64,000 nt of DNA, from positions 416,001-480,000 of the forward strand of contig CAWJRG010000010.1 of NCBI GenBank assembly GCA_963845185.1. Direction: 5' to 3'. Below, in pieces: positions 1 to 8,229 of this stretch; the stretch's first letter is position 1, and each line of letters begins with the position of its first letter. The stretch is from an uncultured bacterium (lineage in GTDB: Bacteria; Oederibacteriota; PGYV01; CAWJRG01). The translations under genes were made by a program, and so were the position numbers. Below the pieces are notes generated by a model. The model worked only from the letters and a program-made list of their open reading frames with translations, did not search any database and was not told the origin of the DNA.

Positions 1-771
1 TACCCCGGTTTTAATTGAAACAACCTGCACTGTATGTATGCCTGTCTCTTCTATGGTAAGAGGTATTGATTTTGATTTCCGTTTTCTTTCCACTTTTCTT
101 ATTACATATCGCGGGCCGCCGTATACTTTTACGCCGTTGGTAGTACGGCATCCCGCATTGGTCTTCCAGCTTTTGCCGTTTTCAAGATGCACTTCGCTTT
201 GATTAAAAGTATACCTTTTGCCGTCAACGTCGCTGTCAAAGTAATATGTCACTTCCTCGTTTTCCGTATCATCTATGTATCTCCGCTCAACGTTAAAAGA
301 AGGGTTAAACCCCTGGTCGCTGAATTCTTCCGTATTGAAAAGCGGCACGTCAACAACCCCGTTTCTCATGCCGTTGCGCAAAACCAGCATTGCCGTCATC
401 ATGGCAGCCGGCTTTATTTTCCATTTTCCATAACCGCCTGTGCCGGCAAATACATCCTGGAGTTTTTGCACTATCTGCGGTATTTTTTCCGCCTCAGGCA
501 CTTCCAGAATCGTAAGTACTCCGGCCACTGCAGCTGAACACAGGAGTATCTTGTTGCTGAGGGAAAGTATGTTCAGACTCCTGGCGTACCATAACCCGGC
601 TTCCATGGCGCCTGAGTCAGCTATATTTTGCATGTGTATTTTCTCGTAAATCAGATTGCCAGACTCTATGACCGCTATCGCGATTATAAAAAGCACAACC
701 AGCGCCACAAGCGCCGGCACGATAACCTGGCCCTTGTTCTTCGGCGACAATCTTATTTTAATCACGTTCAT
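1..771 (-). CDS. TadG/Tad-domain pseudopilin-like protein, 3' end outside window
   Basis: Not in the ORF track. My translation from ATG at 771 (ATGA overlap with the tadE stop) is MNVIKIRLSPKNKGQVIVPALVALVVLFIIAIAVIESGNLIYEKIHMQNIADSGAMEAG: prepilin GQ site, TM helix and Tad 'Q..AD..A..A' motif. Confidence 0.75.
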   Translation of the reverse strand, partial: MNVIKIRLSPKNKGQVIVPALVALVVLFIIAIAVIESGNLIYEKIHMQNIADSGAMEAGLWYARSLNILSLSNKILLCSAAVAGVLTILEVPEAEKIPQIVQKLQDVFAGTGGYGKWKIKPAAMMTAMLVLRNGMRNGVVDVPLFNTEEFSDQGFNPSFNVERRYIDDTENEEVTYYFDSDVDGKRYTFNQSEVHLENGKSWKTNAGCRTTNGVKVYGGPRYVIRKVERKRKSKSIPLTIEETGIHTVQVVSIKTGV

Positions 772-1334
772 AATCCCCAGAACCCGGGATGATACCTCAT
801 TACGGAACAGGCATTTATTGTGTAAACCGGAAAGCCGGATTCTGCCGCCAGGATATCTCCGGAATTTGAGGAACTTTTTTGAAATAGCCCGAAAATTTTA
901 TTTACAAACGGCACTTTTAACGGCATGTCGTATGTTACGCTTACGGCTATAAACCTGCCTGCTGAACTCTTTATTGAATTGTCCCATCGCCAGCTTACAT
1001 TTGCGCCTTTGAATTTCCCGAGAAAAAATCCCTGCAGCGAATCAGCGCTCATTCCGGATAGAGTCGTCAGCATGCTGCCTGAAGGGTTGTTTGCCGCCGT
1101 CATCATGCCTTCCAGTATGCTGTCCGCTTTTGGCACCTGTGTGTATCTTTCAAGCGTATAAGTAGGATAGGCCACTGCCACTCTTGCGAGCATATACGCG
1201 GAATACTGCAGCATCATTTTATTTATGAATATCATGGAAAGCTGCACTATCCCCAGCACAAGCAAAATGAAAACAGGCAGGATTAAGACAAACTCAACCA
1301 TGCTCTGGGCTTTTTTGCTTTTTATTAACTTCAA
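768..1334 (-). CDS. tadE: TadE family pseudopilin
   Basis: KAQSMVEFVLILPVFILLVLGIVQL...YSAYMLARVA matches the TadE N-terminal pattern; GGAGG RBS upstream of a TTG start. Confidence 0.85.
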   Translation of the reverse strand: MKLIKSKKAQSMVEFVLILPVFILLVLGIVQLSMIFINKMMLQYSAYMLARVAVAYPTYTLERYTQVPKADSILEGMMTAANNPSGSMLTTLSGMSADSLQGFFLGKFKGANVSWRWDNSIKSSAGRFIAVSVTYDMPLKVPFVNKIFGLFQKSSSNSGDILAAESGFPVYTINACSVMRYHPGFWGL

Positions 1335-1358
1335 AAATTAACCTCCGGATAAAACAGC

Positions 1359-1385
1359 TAGGGGCAATACGCGAATTGCCCCTAC
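1359..1385. repeat. GTAG-type REP-like palindrome
   Basis: Arms taggggcaat / attgccccta; the minus strand reads GTAGGGGCAATTCGCGTATTGCCCCTA. Confidence 0.7.
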
Positions 1386-1407
1386 TGCACTCTTTGTCCC
1401 TGGTTAT

Positions 1408-1596
1408 TTACTGCCCGGCTGTTCCGTTCTTTATTCCGTTATCTACCTGCGATCCCACCGCGTTGCCGGAGTTGCTGAAGGCGTCTTTTATTTTCCCGCC
1501 GAAGAGCTTGACTCCCGCGATAACAAGTATTGCAATCAGGGCAATTATCAAAATATACTCGGTCATTGCCTGTCCTTTCCTTTCGCTTATTTTCAT
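1408..1596 (-). CDS. flp: Flp family type IVb pilin
   Basis: KGQAMTEYILIIALIAILVIAGVKLFG Flp motif (G|..xxEY), 62 aa, GGAGG RBS. Confidence 0.9.
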   Translation of the reverse strand: MKISERKGQAMTEYILIIALIAILVIAGVKLFGGKIKDAFSNSGNAVGSQVDNGIKNGTAGQ

Positions 1597-1611
1597 TTTC
1601 GCACCTCCCTT

Positions 1612-1776
1612 CTATGGTATTGGTAATGAAAATATGAAAACAAAGGTTTCAAAATACCTGGATAAAATAAAACGCCCAAACTGGATGCCCGCTATGCACA
1701 TGATGCCTACAATAGCCGTCAGCAGCACGTATTCCGTGAACGCCTGTCCCCGCATACCCCGCAATAGTTTCCGCAT
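1612..1776 (-). CDS. Second Flp-like pilin (54 aa; start moved from 1899)
   Basis: MRKLLRGMRGQAFTEYVLLTAIVGIMCIAGIQ: GQxxxEY motif and hydrophobic helix. Confidence 0.75.
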   Translation of the reverse strand: MRKLLRGMRGQAFTEYVLLTAIVGIMCIAGIQFGRFILSRYFETFVFIFSLPIP

Positions 1777-1777
1777 T

Positions 1778-1966
1778 TTACCGCTCTTCAATGATTGTGA
1801 TTTTTGAAATATTGTAGTTAGCGGGATTTTCGATATGCTTTTTTGCTTCAAAATGGGATTTCCAGGAATAAAGGTTGGAGAGTGCGCTTCCTTTCGCATT
1901 GTAATAAACGTTAGAAAGCGGCTTGCTTTGTGCTTGAAATACTAAAACTTTACGTTTTTCCCTCAT
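1778..1966 (-). CDS. Small hypothetical protein at the head of the flp operon
   Basis: 62-aa ORF with upstream AAAGGTG; its stop lies 1 nt before the next ATG. No motif recognised. Confidence 0.35.
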   Translation of the reverse strand: MREKRKVLVFQAQSKPLSNVYYNAKGSALSNLYSWKSHFEAKKHIENPANYNISKITIIEER

Positions 1967-2050
1967 ATCTTTTCACACCTTTCGCGCCATAAAATACCGG
2001 TTTTATTTAAAAAGTAATTTATTTGCTCCCTTTTTTATCATCTGCCCTTA

Positions 2051-2079
2051 ATTTTAGGAAATATCCCGCGGGTTGTCAA
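2051..2079 (-). promoter_or_regulatory. Sigma70-type promoter, copy 1 of a repeated block
   Basis: TTGACA-17 bp-TAAAAT on the minus strand upstream of the flp operon; near-identical copies at 10184-10212 and 13928-13956. Confidence 0.7.
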
Positions 2080-2326
2080 GGATTATAATAAATAATGCGG
2101 GGGGATTTTACCTTTTCTGCAGATTATCATTGTTATTATCCGTGTTTTCCATTGCGCCTATTTTTTCCAGCATTCGTGCCGCTTCGGTATTGCCGGCATC
2201 AATCGCAAATGCTTGTATTTTCTAAATAATGTTAACTAATATACATACCGTAATAAGTATTTTTGTCATAGTATTCTATATAAGAATAATTACTTAGAAA
2301 AGGAAAGGCTTCCCCCAGGTAGAGCG

Positions 2327-2887
2327 TTATTTAGTCTTTGAAGGTCCATAATTTAGGTCTTTAAGTTTGTGTATTCTGCTTAGTTTAAATAAACGTAAAA
2401 ACCAATTACATGAGTAATATTTTTTCCCCGTAGTATCTTCTGCTTTAATTACTATATCATTAAAATTATAATTTTTAAGTAAATCATATGATTTTTTATA
2501 TGTTATACCGTCATTAGGTAGAATTTGACGTAATCTATCAGCTTCATCTAGAGTTATTTTAATAAACTTAATGATTTTATCTATATTAATTAATAAATAA
2601 ACATCACTTATCTTTATTGGTTTGTTTCCTTTGTTTATAACAGAAACATTAAAAAATTTTTCGATTTTCCAATCTATTTTATTTTTATCATTAGATATAA
2701 ATTCATTATCATTAAATAGATCATCATAGCTTCCTGTCGGTTCTTCATATATTTCTGATATTTTAATCTTAACAATTATTTTATTTTCCTTAAAATGTCT
2801 AATTTCTTGATATAATGAAATAAATAAAGCTGACGCACTGGTAAACCCTGTCCAAAAAATAGGTTGTTTTAAAAAATTAAAATTCAT
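2327..2887 (-). CDS. Hypothetical protein with N-terminal TM helix
   Basis: 186-aa AT-rich ORF with RBS; hydrophobic IFWTGFTSASALFISLY. Confidence 0.65.
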   Translation of the reverse strand: MNFNFLKQPIFWTGFTSASALFISLYQEIRHFKENKIIVKIKISEIYEEPTGSYDDLFNDNEFISNDKNKIDWKIEKFFNVSVINKGNKPIKISDVYLLINIDKIIKFIKITLDEADRLRQILPNDGITYKKSYDLLKNYNFNDIVIKAEDTTGKKYYSCNWFLRLFKLSRIHKLKDLNYGPSKTK

Positions 2888-2899
2888 TTTAACGATTCC

Positions 2900-3145
2900 T
2901 CAACGCTTCAATAGCACAACAATTATAGCGGTTATTGCGCTTATAACTGAAGCTATTGCCGATACTAAAGTAATTATCCAAAGTTTAGATTCTCTTAATG
3001 ACCTTTCAGCTTCAATTACACGTCTCTGAATTTCAGCATCATCAGCATTACACGGAATGCTTTCCTGAGAAACAGAACCCATAGTATTTACTCCTAACTC
3101 AATTGCGCGTTTTTTTAATTCATCACCAACTAATAATTTTTTCAT
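2900..3145 (-). CDS. Hypothetical protein with C-terminal TM helix
   Basis: Likely start MKKLL after AAGGAG; C-terminal LWIITLVSAIASVISAITAIIVVLL. Confidence 0.6.
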   Translation of the reverse strand: MKKLLVGDELKKRAIELGVNTMGSVSQESIPCNADDAEIQRRVIEAERSLRESKLWIITLVSAIASVISAITAIIVVLLKR

Positions 3146-3180
3146 AATTATCTCCTTATAAATCAAAAATTCTCTTCGAT

Positions 3181-3399
3181 TCAGATTAAAAAATCATTAA
3201 AAAAAGAAGCCGGATTTCTAACTAAAATTTTAGGATTTTGAAACATATATTTGATATCGTCTATAACTTCGTAAAGCTCGCCCAATTCATTGTTTTTATA
3301 AGCGGCAACGTATACCTTCATATAAAAAGTTTTCTCCTGGGCGTGGTGCTCGGGCCCGAACAGGGAAATGATAAAGCCTTTAAACTGGTCCACGGTCAT
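3181..3399 (-). CDS. Short hypothetical protein or gene remnant
   Basis: 72-aa ORF, locally more GC-rich than its neighbours, ending ...VRNPASFF. Confidence 0.35.
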   Translation of the reverse strand: MTVDQFKGFIISLFGPEHHAQEKTFYMKVYVAAYKNNELGELYEVIDDIKYMFQNPKILVRNPASFFNDFLI

Positions 3400-3418
3400 T
3401 TGCGGTTTGTATCACCTA

Positions 3419-4411
3419 TTAAGTTTTTTTAGTACTTATCAGGTCCGGGTCAAAACTACTTTGTTCATTAAGTTTTTTAAAAGCTTCTACATCAAAAGTT
3501 TTTTTGGTAATACTATCAACAGTTTTGATTTCTTTTGTAGTTTGAACAGGAGCTTTTATCCACCCTTGAAATTGAGGGTTGTTTTCATATTCCTTTAATA
3601 TAGTTAGTATTTTAAATTTAAGTCCATCAATATTTGAAAAATATGCACATAATTTACTATCCAAAAGTTTCTTTTTAAAGTTTTTATACAATTTTACATT
3701 GTCTTTTTCTTCAAAATCTTTGTTTTCCGAAGTTTTTATAGCTACATACTCTTTATCCATTAATAACGTAAAAGGCTTTTTCTTTAATTTTTTTGCATAA
3801 TTATATTCTAATTCAACATAGCTTCGGCCATGTCGTTTATAAATGCTTCCATATCTTCCTCCAACAATTAACATAAATGTATCAGAATCTTGAATCCATT
3901 TCTGTATTGTTTTCCATTGTGATTCATCATTTGCTGTAAATAGTTCCATGCCGGCAGGTATATGACCCGCTTGTAAAACAGCTCCTACGGCTGCTTGTCG
4001 CTCGGCTTCCATTAATTTATAAGTAGAAGATATAAAGACTTGTATTTTTTTCTTTTGATTTTGAAGCACCCTTATTTCTTTCTTTTCTACTTGCCGGTCT
4101 ATATCTAAAGGTTCTTCATTAAAATCATCTTTTGCAGATTTCAATATTTCAATGCCTTTTTTTGTATCACCAACTTTATTTTCTTTAACATTAAAATCAA
4201 ACTCTTTTAGAAAGACATTATTTGATTTAAATAGGCGCTGTAAAAATAATTTTACTTCAACTTTCCATTTACAAAAAAATACACTTTGTACTGTATAATC
4301 ATTTTTTGTTGTATCAATGCCAATTATTAAAGGTTGTTTTTTAGTTTCTAATAGCAAAATTCCGCGAGTAATAAGTGAATCAAACCTATCGTTAATCCTA
4401 TTTTTATCCAT
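3419..4411 (-). CDS. DUF4062 (TIR-like) domain protein with an N-terminal helical domain
   Basis: QVFISSTY..MEAERQAA...GHIPAGMELF...SDTFMLIVGGRYGS...ELEYNYA is the DUF4062 signature. Confidence 0.85.
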   Translation of the reverse strand: MDKNRINDRFDSLITRGILLLETKKQPLIIGIDTTKNDYTVQSVFFCKWKVEVKLFLQRLFKSNNVFLKEFDFNVKENKVGDTKKGIEILKSAKDDFNEEPLDIDRQVEKKEIRVLQNQKKKIQVFISSTYKLMEAERQAAVGAVLQAGHIPAGMELFTANDESQWKTIQKWIQDSDTFMLIVGGRYGSIYKRHGRSYVELEYNYAKKLKKKPFTLLMDKEYVAIKTSENKDFEEKDNVKLYKNFKKKLLDSKLCAYFSNIDGLKFKILTILKEYENNPQFQGWIKAPVQTTKEIKTVDSITKKTFDVEAFKKLNEQSSFDPDLISTKKT

Positions 4412-4439
4412 GTATTTTCTTTTCCTTTTCCTTTAAAAT

Positions 4440-7373
4440 TTATTCTAACGATTCCTCAACGATTTTTATTTCTTCTTTATCTGAAATTTCGTAAAGTTCA
4501 TAAATTTTTCGGTCAATCTCTTTATCAACAGCTTGTATTTCATTTTCTCTATTCGATTTAGATTCATTTAATGACAATATTTTTTCTACCAAACTAATAA
4601 TTTCAACAACTAAATCTTTATTGGTATTATTTAATTTAATTATTGGTATTTGTTCAATACTTTCAGGATAAACATTTAAATTATAACCTAGAAAATTATT
4701 AAAATAGAAGTTTATTAGTTTTGAATTAATTAATCCTAACAAGAATTTAAGTGAATATTCCCTTGAAAGTTCTATATCGTTTTTTTCAATATTTATTTTT
4801 CTTTTACCTAAAAAAGATTTATCTTTATTTTCAATATTATATTTTAGGATTACACAACTTAATGAGTCATCTGAATAGTATTTTTTATTATCATAAACAG
4901 CTTTAATACCTTCTACACCTGTAACTTTTGAAATAAAAATTTTTTCTGATTCAAATAATTCCTCGAAAGCTGGCCTATATAATTTTGTTTTATCATATAA
5001 CAACCATTTATCCGCCCAATCAAGTTTATATCTACTTATATTTTTACCTTTAATCATTTTTTTACAAAAATCATTTATTTTATTATCCAAATGAAATTGT
5101 TCTACTGGAACCCCTCGAGCTCCCCATGAAGCTATAGCTACTTTCCCCAAATTAATACTATTCTCTTTTATTTTATTAATAATACCAATTGTTTTTTTAG
5201 AAAAAGCGTCTATTCGATACATATTTTCCGGAATTTCATAGAATTCTTTTTGTTTAATTTTATCAGTTTTATTGCCGTCATATACGGAAATGATATTGCC
5301 ATTTCTTTGCGCCTGGTCAGAACACTTTTCAATTATTAAAACAATATTTTTAACAGCAACGCCTTCAAATACATTTGTTTTAAATAAATTATAAATATTT
5401 ATTATTTTACAGTTATCTAAAATGTATTTACGTAATTTTTGGCCATAATCTTGAGTAAGAAATGGGTAAGGTATAATAAAGCCCAATAAACCGCCTTCTT
5501 TAAGTAGCAATATAGATTTTTCAATGAAAGCTATATATATATCAAATCTTTTTAGCGAAGTTTCGTAAAATTTCATATAAAAAGCAAGTTCTTCATCTTC
5601 AAGATTTTCAACGTTAATATATGGCGGATTTCCTATAATAAAATCAAAGCCATTATCACTAAGTGCTTCACAAAAGGAAATCTCAAAATTAAAAGGTCTA
5701 ATTTTTTCAATGTCTTTGAAATTTTCCTTTAACAGATTCCGGGAATTAATTTTTAATTGTTCTTCCAAAACAAGTATTTTTTTATAAAGTTTTTCCTTTA
5801 CTTCATCATCTGTGGTTTTATGAAAATGTTTTTTTAATTCTAATATGTCATTTATAAGTTCTTTACTATTAGAATTGGAGCTAAGCAAAGTTGTTTCTTT
5901 AATTACTTCTTCTGAAATTAATGAATTTCCACAACGAATATTTAATTTCATATTAGGCAATAATTTTTTCCCTTTTATATTTTGATACTTAATTCCTTCT
6001 AAGGTTTTAATTACTAAATTCAGTTTTGAAATTTCAACAGCTCTTTCATCTAAATCAACGCCATAAATATTGTTTTGTAATATTTTTTTTCTTAAATCGA
6101 AATCAAATAACAATGTTCCTCCAGCAATCCGCCTATAATGAAAGAGTAATTCTTCAAATACCTTTATAAGGAAAGAACCACTACCGCAAGCAGGGTCTAA
6201 TACTTTTATCTTTTTAAGATCCTCTTCAGTCTTAATTTTTGATAGTTTGGGTCTAATGGTATTTTCAATTATGTATTGAACGATGCTTTCGGGTGTGTAA
6301 TAAATACCTTGTTTTTTCTTTTTCTTTTTACCTTCTTCTTCGTCTAAAGATATACTTTTTTTACTTTTTTTAAGCAATTCACCTAAATAATTTTCGTAAA
6401 CTTCACCAATGATATTTACAGATAATTTTGAGAAATTAATAGAAGCTAGTTCTCGAATTATTGGAATAATAATAGCATCGTCAAGGTCAAGTTTAGTACA
6501 TTCATCTATAGCAAAAATTTCCGAATTAAAACGCTCATCCATTTCTTTAAAAACAATATTTTTTAATTCGTCATATATGTTTTTCTTTGAGTGTAATATT
6601 GCGTGTAGTTTGTCTTGCCCAATTATTTGATTGTCGGAACAGTAATCAATAAAAATAAGCTTATCTATAATTTTTTGTACAATTAATTCAATCTGCGTGG
6701 AGTTATAATGTTTTGAATATTTTTTTAAAATATATGTGCGTAATTGTTCTCTCCAATTTTTAAGTTTTATAAAAAAATCATTCTTAATTTCTTCTTGTTC
6801 AGGATAATATACAGAATTTAAGTCCCAACGCCCTTGTTCCTTAATTAGATTTTTTTTCGTTAATTTTGATAAAAACTCAATGCCTTGAGGTGATAATATA
6901 TTGATATAATTTTTTTTATCTACCTTATCCCATAGAATTGAATGAAAAGCATATTTTGTATCATTATAAAGTCTTTTCAAATGTGTATTGAAAACACGCC
7001 ATTCAATAAAATTTGTAAGAATACCCCAGTAAATACCTTCTGCTTCACAGTAACTATAAAGTTGTTCTGCATACGTTGTATCTTGATTAGTTCCATTAAG
7101 TTTATCACTTTTAGAAGCGTCTTTCGTTTCAATAACTTGTATAGTATTGCCTTCATCGTCTTTTAATAAAATATCCGGTCTTTTACCAGTTTTGACTTCT
7201 TGTCCTTCATTAATGAAAATATTATTTTTTTCCCAGCCTAAAATTTTTAGTAAATCCAAAAGATAATTTGCTTGAATATTTTCTTCTGAGGATTCAACGG
7301 CATTATTTTCTTTAAAATCATTTAATAATTTTTCAATTTTTTGTTTAGTTATTTTCAAAATTTTATTATTCAT
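4440..7373 (-). CDS. Type IIG (Eco57I-like) fused restriction endonuclease / N6-adenine methyltransferase
   Basis: N-terminal PD..ExK (RPDILL..VIETK) and ILTNFIEW; GIYYTP; motif I LDPACGSGSF; motif IV NPPY; C-terminal TaqI-C-like target-recognition region. Confidence 0.9.
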   Translation of the reverse strand: MNNKILKITKQKIEKLLNDFKENNAVESSEENIQANYLLDLLKILGWEKNNIFINEGQEVKTGKRPDILLKDDEGNTIQVIETKDASKSDKLNGTNQDTTYAEQLYSYCEAEGIYWGILTNFIEWRVFNTHLKRLYNDTKYAFHSILWDKVDKKNYINILSPQGIEFLSKLTKKNLIKEQGRWDLNSVYYPEQEEIKNDFFIKLKNWREQLRTYILKKYSKHYNSTQIELIVQKIIDKLIFIDYCSDNQIIGQDKLHAILHSKKNIYDELKNIVFKEMDERFNSEIFAIDECTKLDLDDAIIIPIIRELASINFSKLSVNIIGEVYENYLGELLKKSKKSISLDEEEGKKKKKKQGIYYTPESIVQYIIENTIRPKLSKIKTEEDLKKIKVLDPACGSGSFLIKVFEELLFHYRRIAGGTLLFDFDLRKKILQNNIYGVDLDERAVEISKLNLVIKTLEGIKYQNIKGKKLLPNMKLNIRCGNSLISEEVIKETTLLSSNSNSKELINDILELKKHFHKTTDDEVKEKLYKKILVLEEQLKINSRNLLKENFKDIEKIRPFNFEISFCEALSDNGFDFIIGNPPYINVENLEDEELAFYMKFYETSLKRFDIYIAFIEKSILLLKEGGLLGFIIPYPFLTQDYGQKLRKYILDNCKIINIYNLFKTNVFEGVAVKNIVLIIEKCSDQAQRNGNIISVYDGNKTDKIKQKEFYEIPENMYRIDAFSKKTIGIINKIKENSINLGKVAIASWGARGVPVEQFHLDNKINDFCKKMIKGKNISRYKLDWADKWLLYDKTKLYRPAFEELFESEKIFISKVTGVEGIKAVYDNKKYYSDDSLSCVILKYNIENKDKSFLGKRKINIEKNDIELSREYSLKFLLGLINSKLINFYFNNFLGYNLNVYPESIEQIPIIKLNNTNKDLVVEIISLVEKILSLNESKSNRENEIQAVDKEIDRKIYELYEISDKEEIKIVEESLE

Positions 7374-7547
7374 TAATCCTCCTTCAAATTGTCTTACTTT
7401 ACCACTTTTCTATTATTTTCTCAATTATTTTCGAGAGGCAAATAAAAAAAAGGCTTCGAGGTGTATAAAATTATTCATCTTTGACTTGTCTTAATATCCC
7501 TTAAATTTTTATCTTTAATTGCGACATTTATGTTATATAGGTTATAT

Positions 7548-7949
7548 TTATTTAATTTTTTTCCCAGGTCGCCATGTAGTTTCTTTAACAAGCTTGCCAT
7601 GCTTCCACTTTATTAAGCTAACAATTCCGGTACTGCTATCAAAATCCAATTCCCAACCATCTTTAACACCTTCAACATACGGAACAATTTTATCTATCAA
7701 TCCGCTAAAATCTTTATGGATTTCACCTTCGGTTGTATCATCCGGATTCAATCCATCAAAAATATTCCAGAGGTCTGAATTAACTTCACTATTTTTTGTT
7801 TCACGTCGTTGTTGTTGTTTTAGTTGCTGCTGTTGCTCATTATCTTGCTGATACCCCAGCAAAAAAAGTGCAGTCGCGTCATTAGAGTAGGCAAGATAAC
7901 TTGAGGATAAAAATATAATTATCATTAATAGTTTTAAATAAATTTTCAT
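7548..7949 (-). CDS. Hypothetical exported protein with a Gln-rich stretch
   Basis: Signal-peptide-like N-terminus, AGGAGG RBS, 133 aa. Confidence 0.65.
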   Translation of the reverse strand: MKIYLKLLMIIIFLSSSYLAYSNDATALFLLGYQQDNEQQQQLKQQQRRETKNSEVNSDLWNIFDGLNPDDTTEGEIHKDFSGLIDKIVPYVEGVKDGWELDFDSSTGIVSLIKWKHGKLVKETTWRPGKKIK

Positions 7950-8085
7950 TTTTCCCTCCTGATTAAAAATTGCATTTTATATTTATATAATATATCTGAA
8001 TATGTTTTAAACCATATTCACGAAGTTATTTATCACCTCTTAATATAAAATACACCCCAAAATAAAAAAGTCAATAGGATATAAT

Positions 8086-8159
8086 AAAAAAGGGCTCCGT
8101 GTTTGTTAGGTGTGCAAATGATATAGAGGGTATATCAAAAGGTGTGAACGGAGCCCTTT
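8086..8159 (-). terminator. Long hairpin / probable intrinsic terminator downstream of the ParB-like gene
   Basis: 12-bp arms aaagggctccgt (8089-8100) / acggagcccttt (8148-8159), inner tgatata/tatatca, U-tract on the minus strand. Confidence 0.55.
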
Positions 8160-8229
8160 GTAATTTTCATTTGTAAACCAACTTAATATCTTTGTCAATA
8201 ATAAATTCTTTACACCTTTTTTTACGGGA

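Noticed and set aside
187..952. Plus-strand ORFs 187-537, 440-649 and 656-952
   Set aside because: Antisense to the tadE and Tad-domain genes.
2136..2225. TPR-tail-like remnant (AFAIDAGNTEAARML) at the islet edge
   Set aside because: Too short to support without a search.
7797..7812. TGTTTCACGT as a parS site near the ParB-like gene
   Set aside because: Only part of the consensus matches; it is not palindromic and lies inside a CDS.
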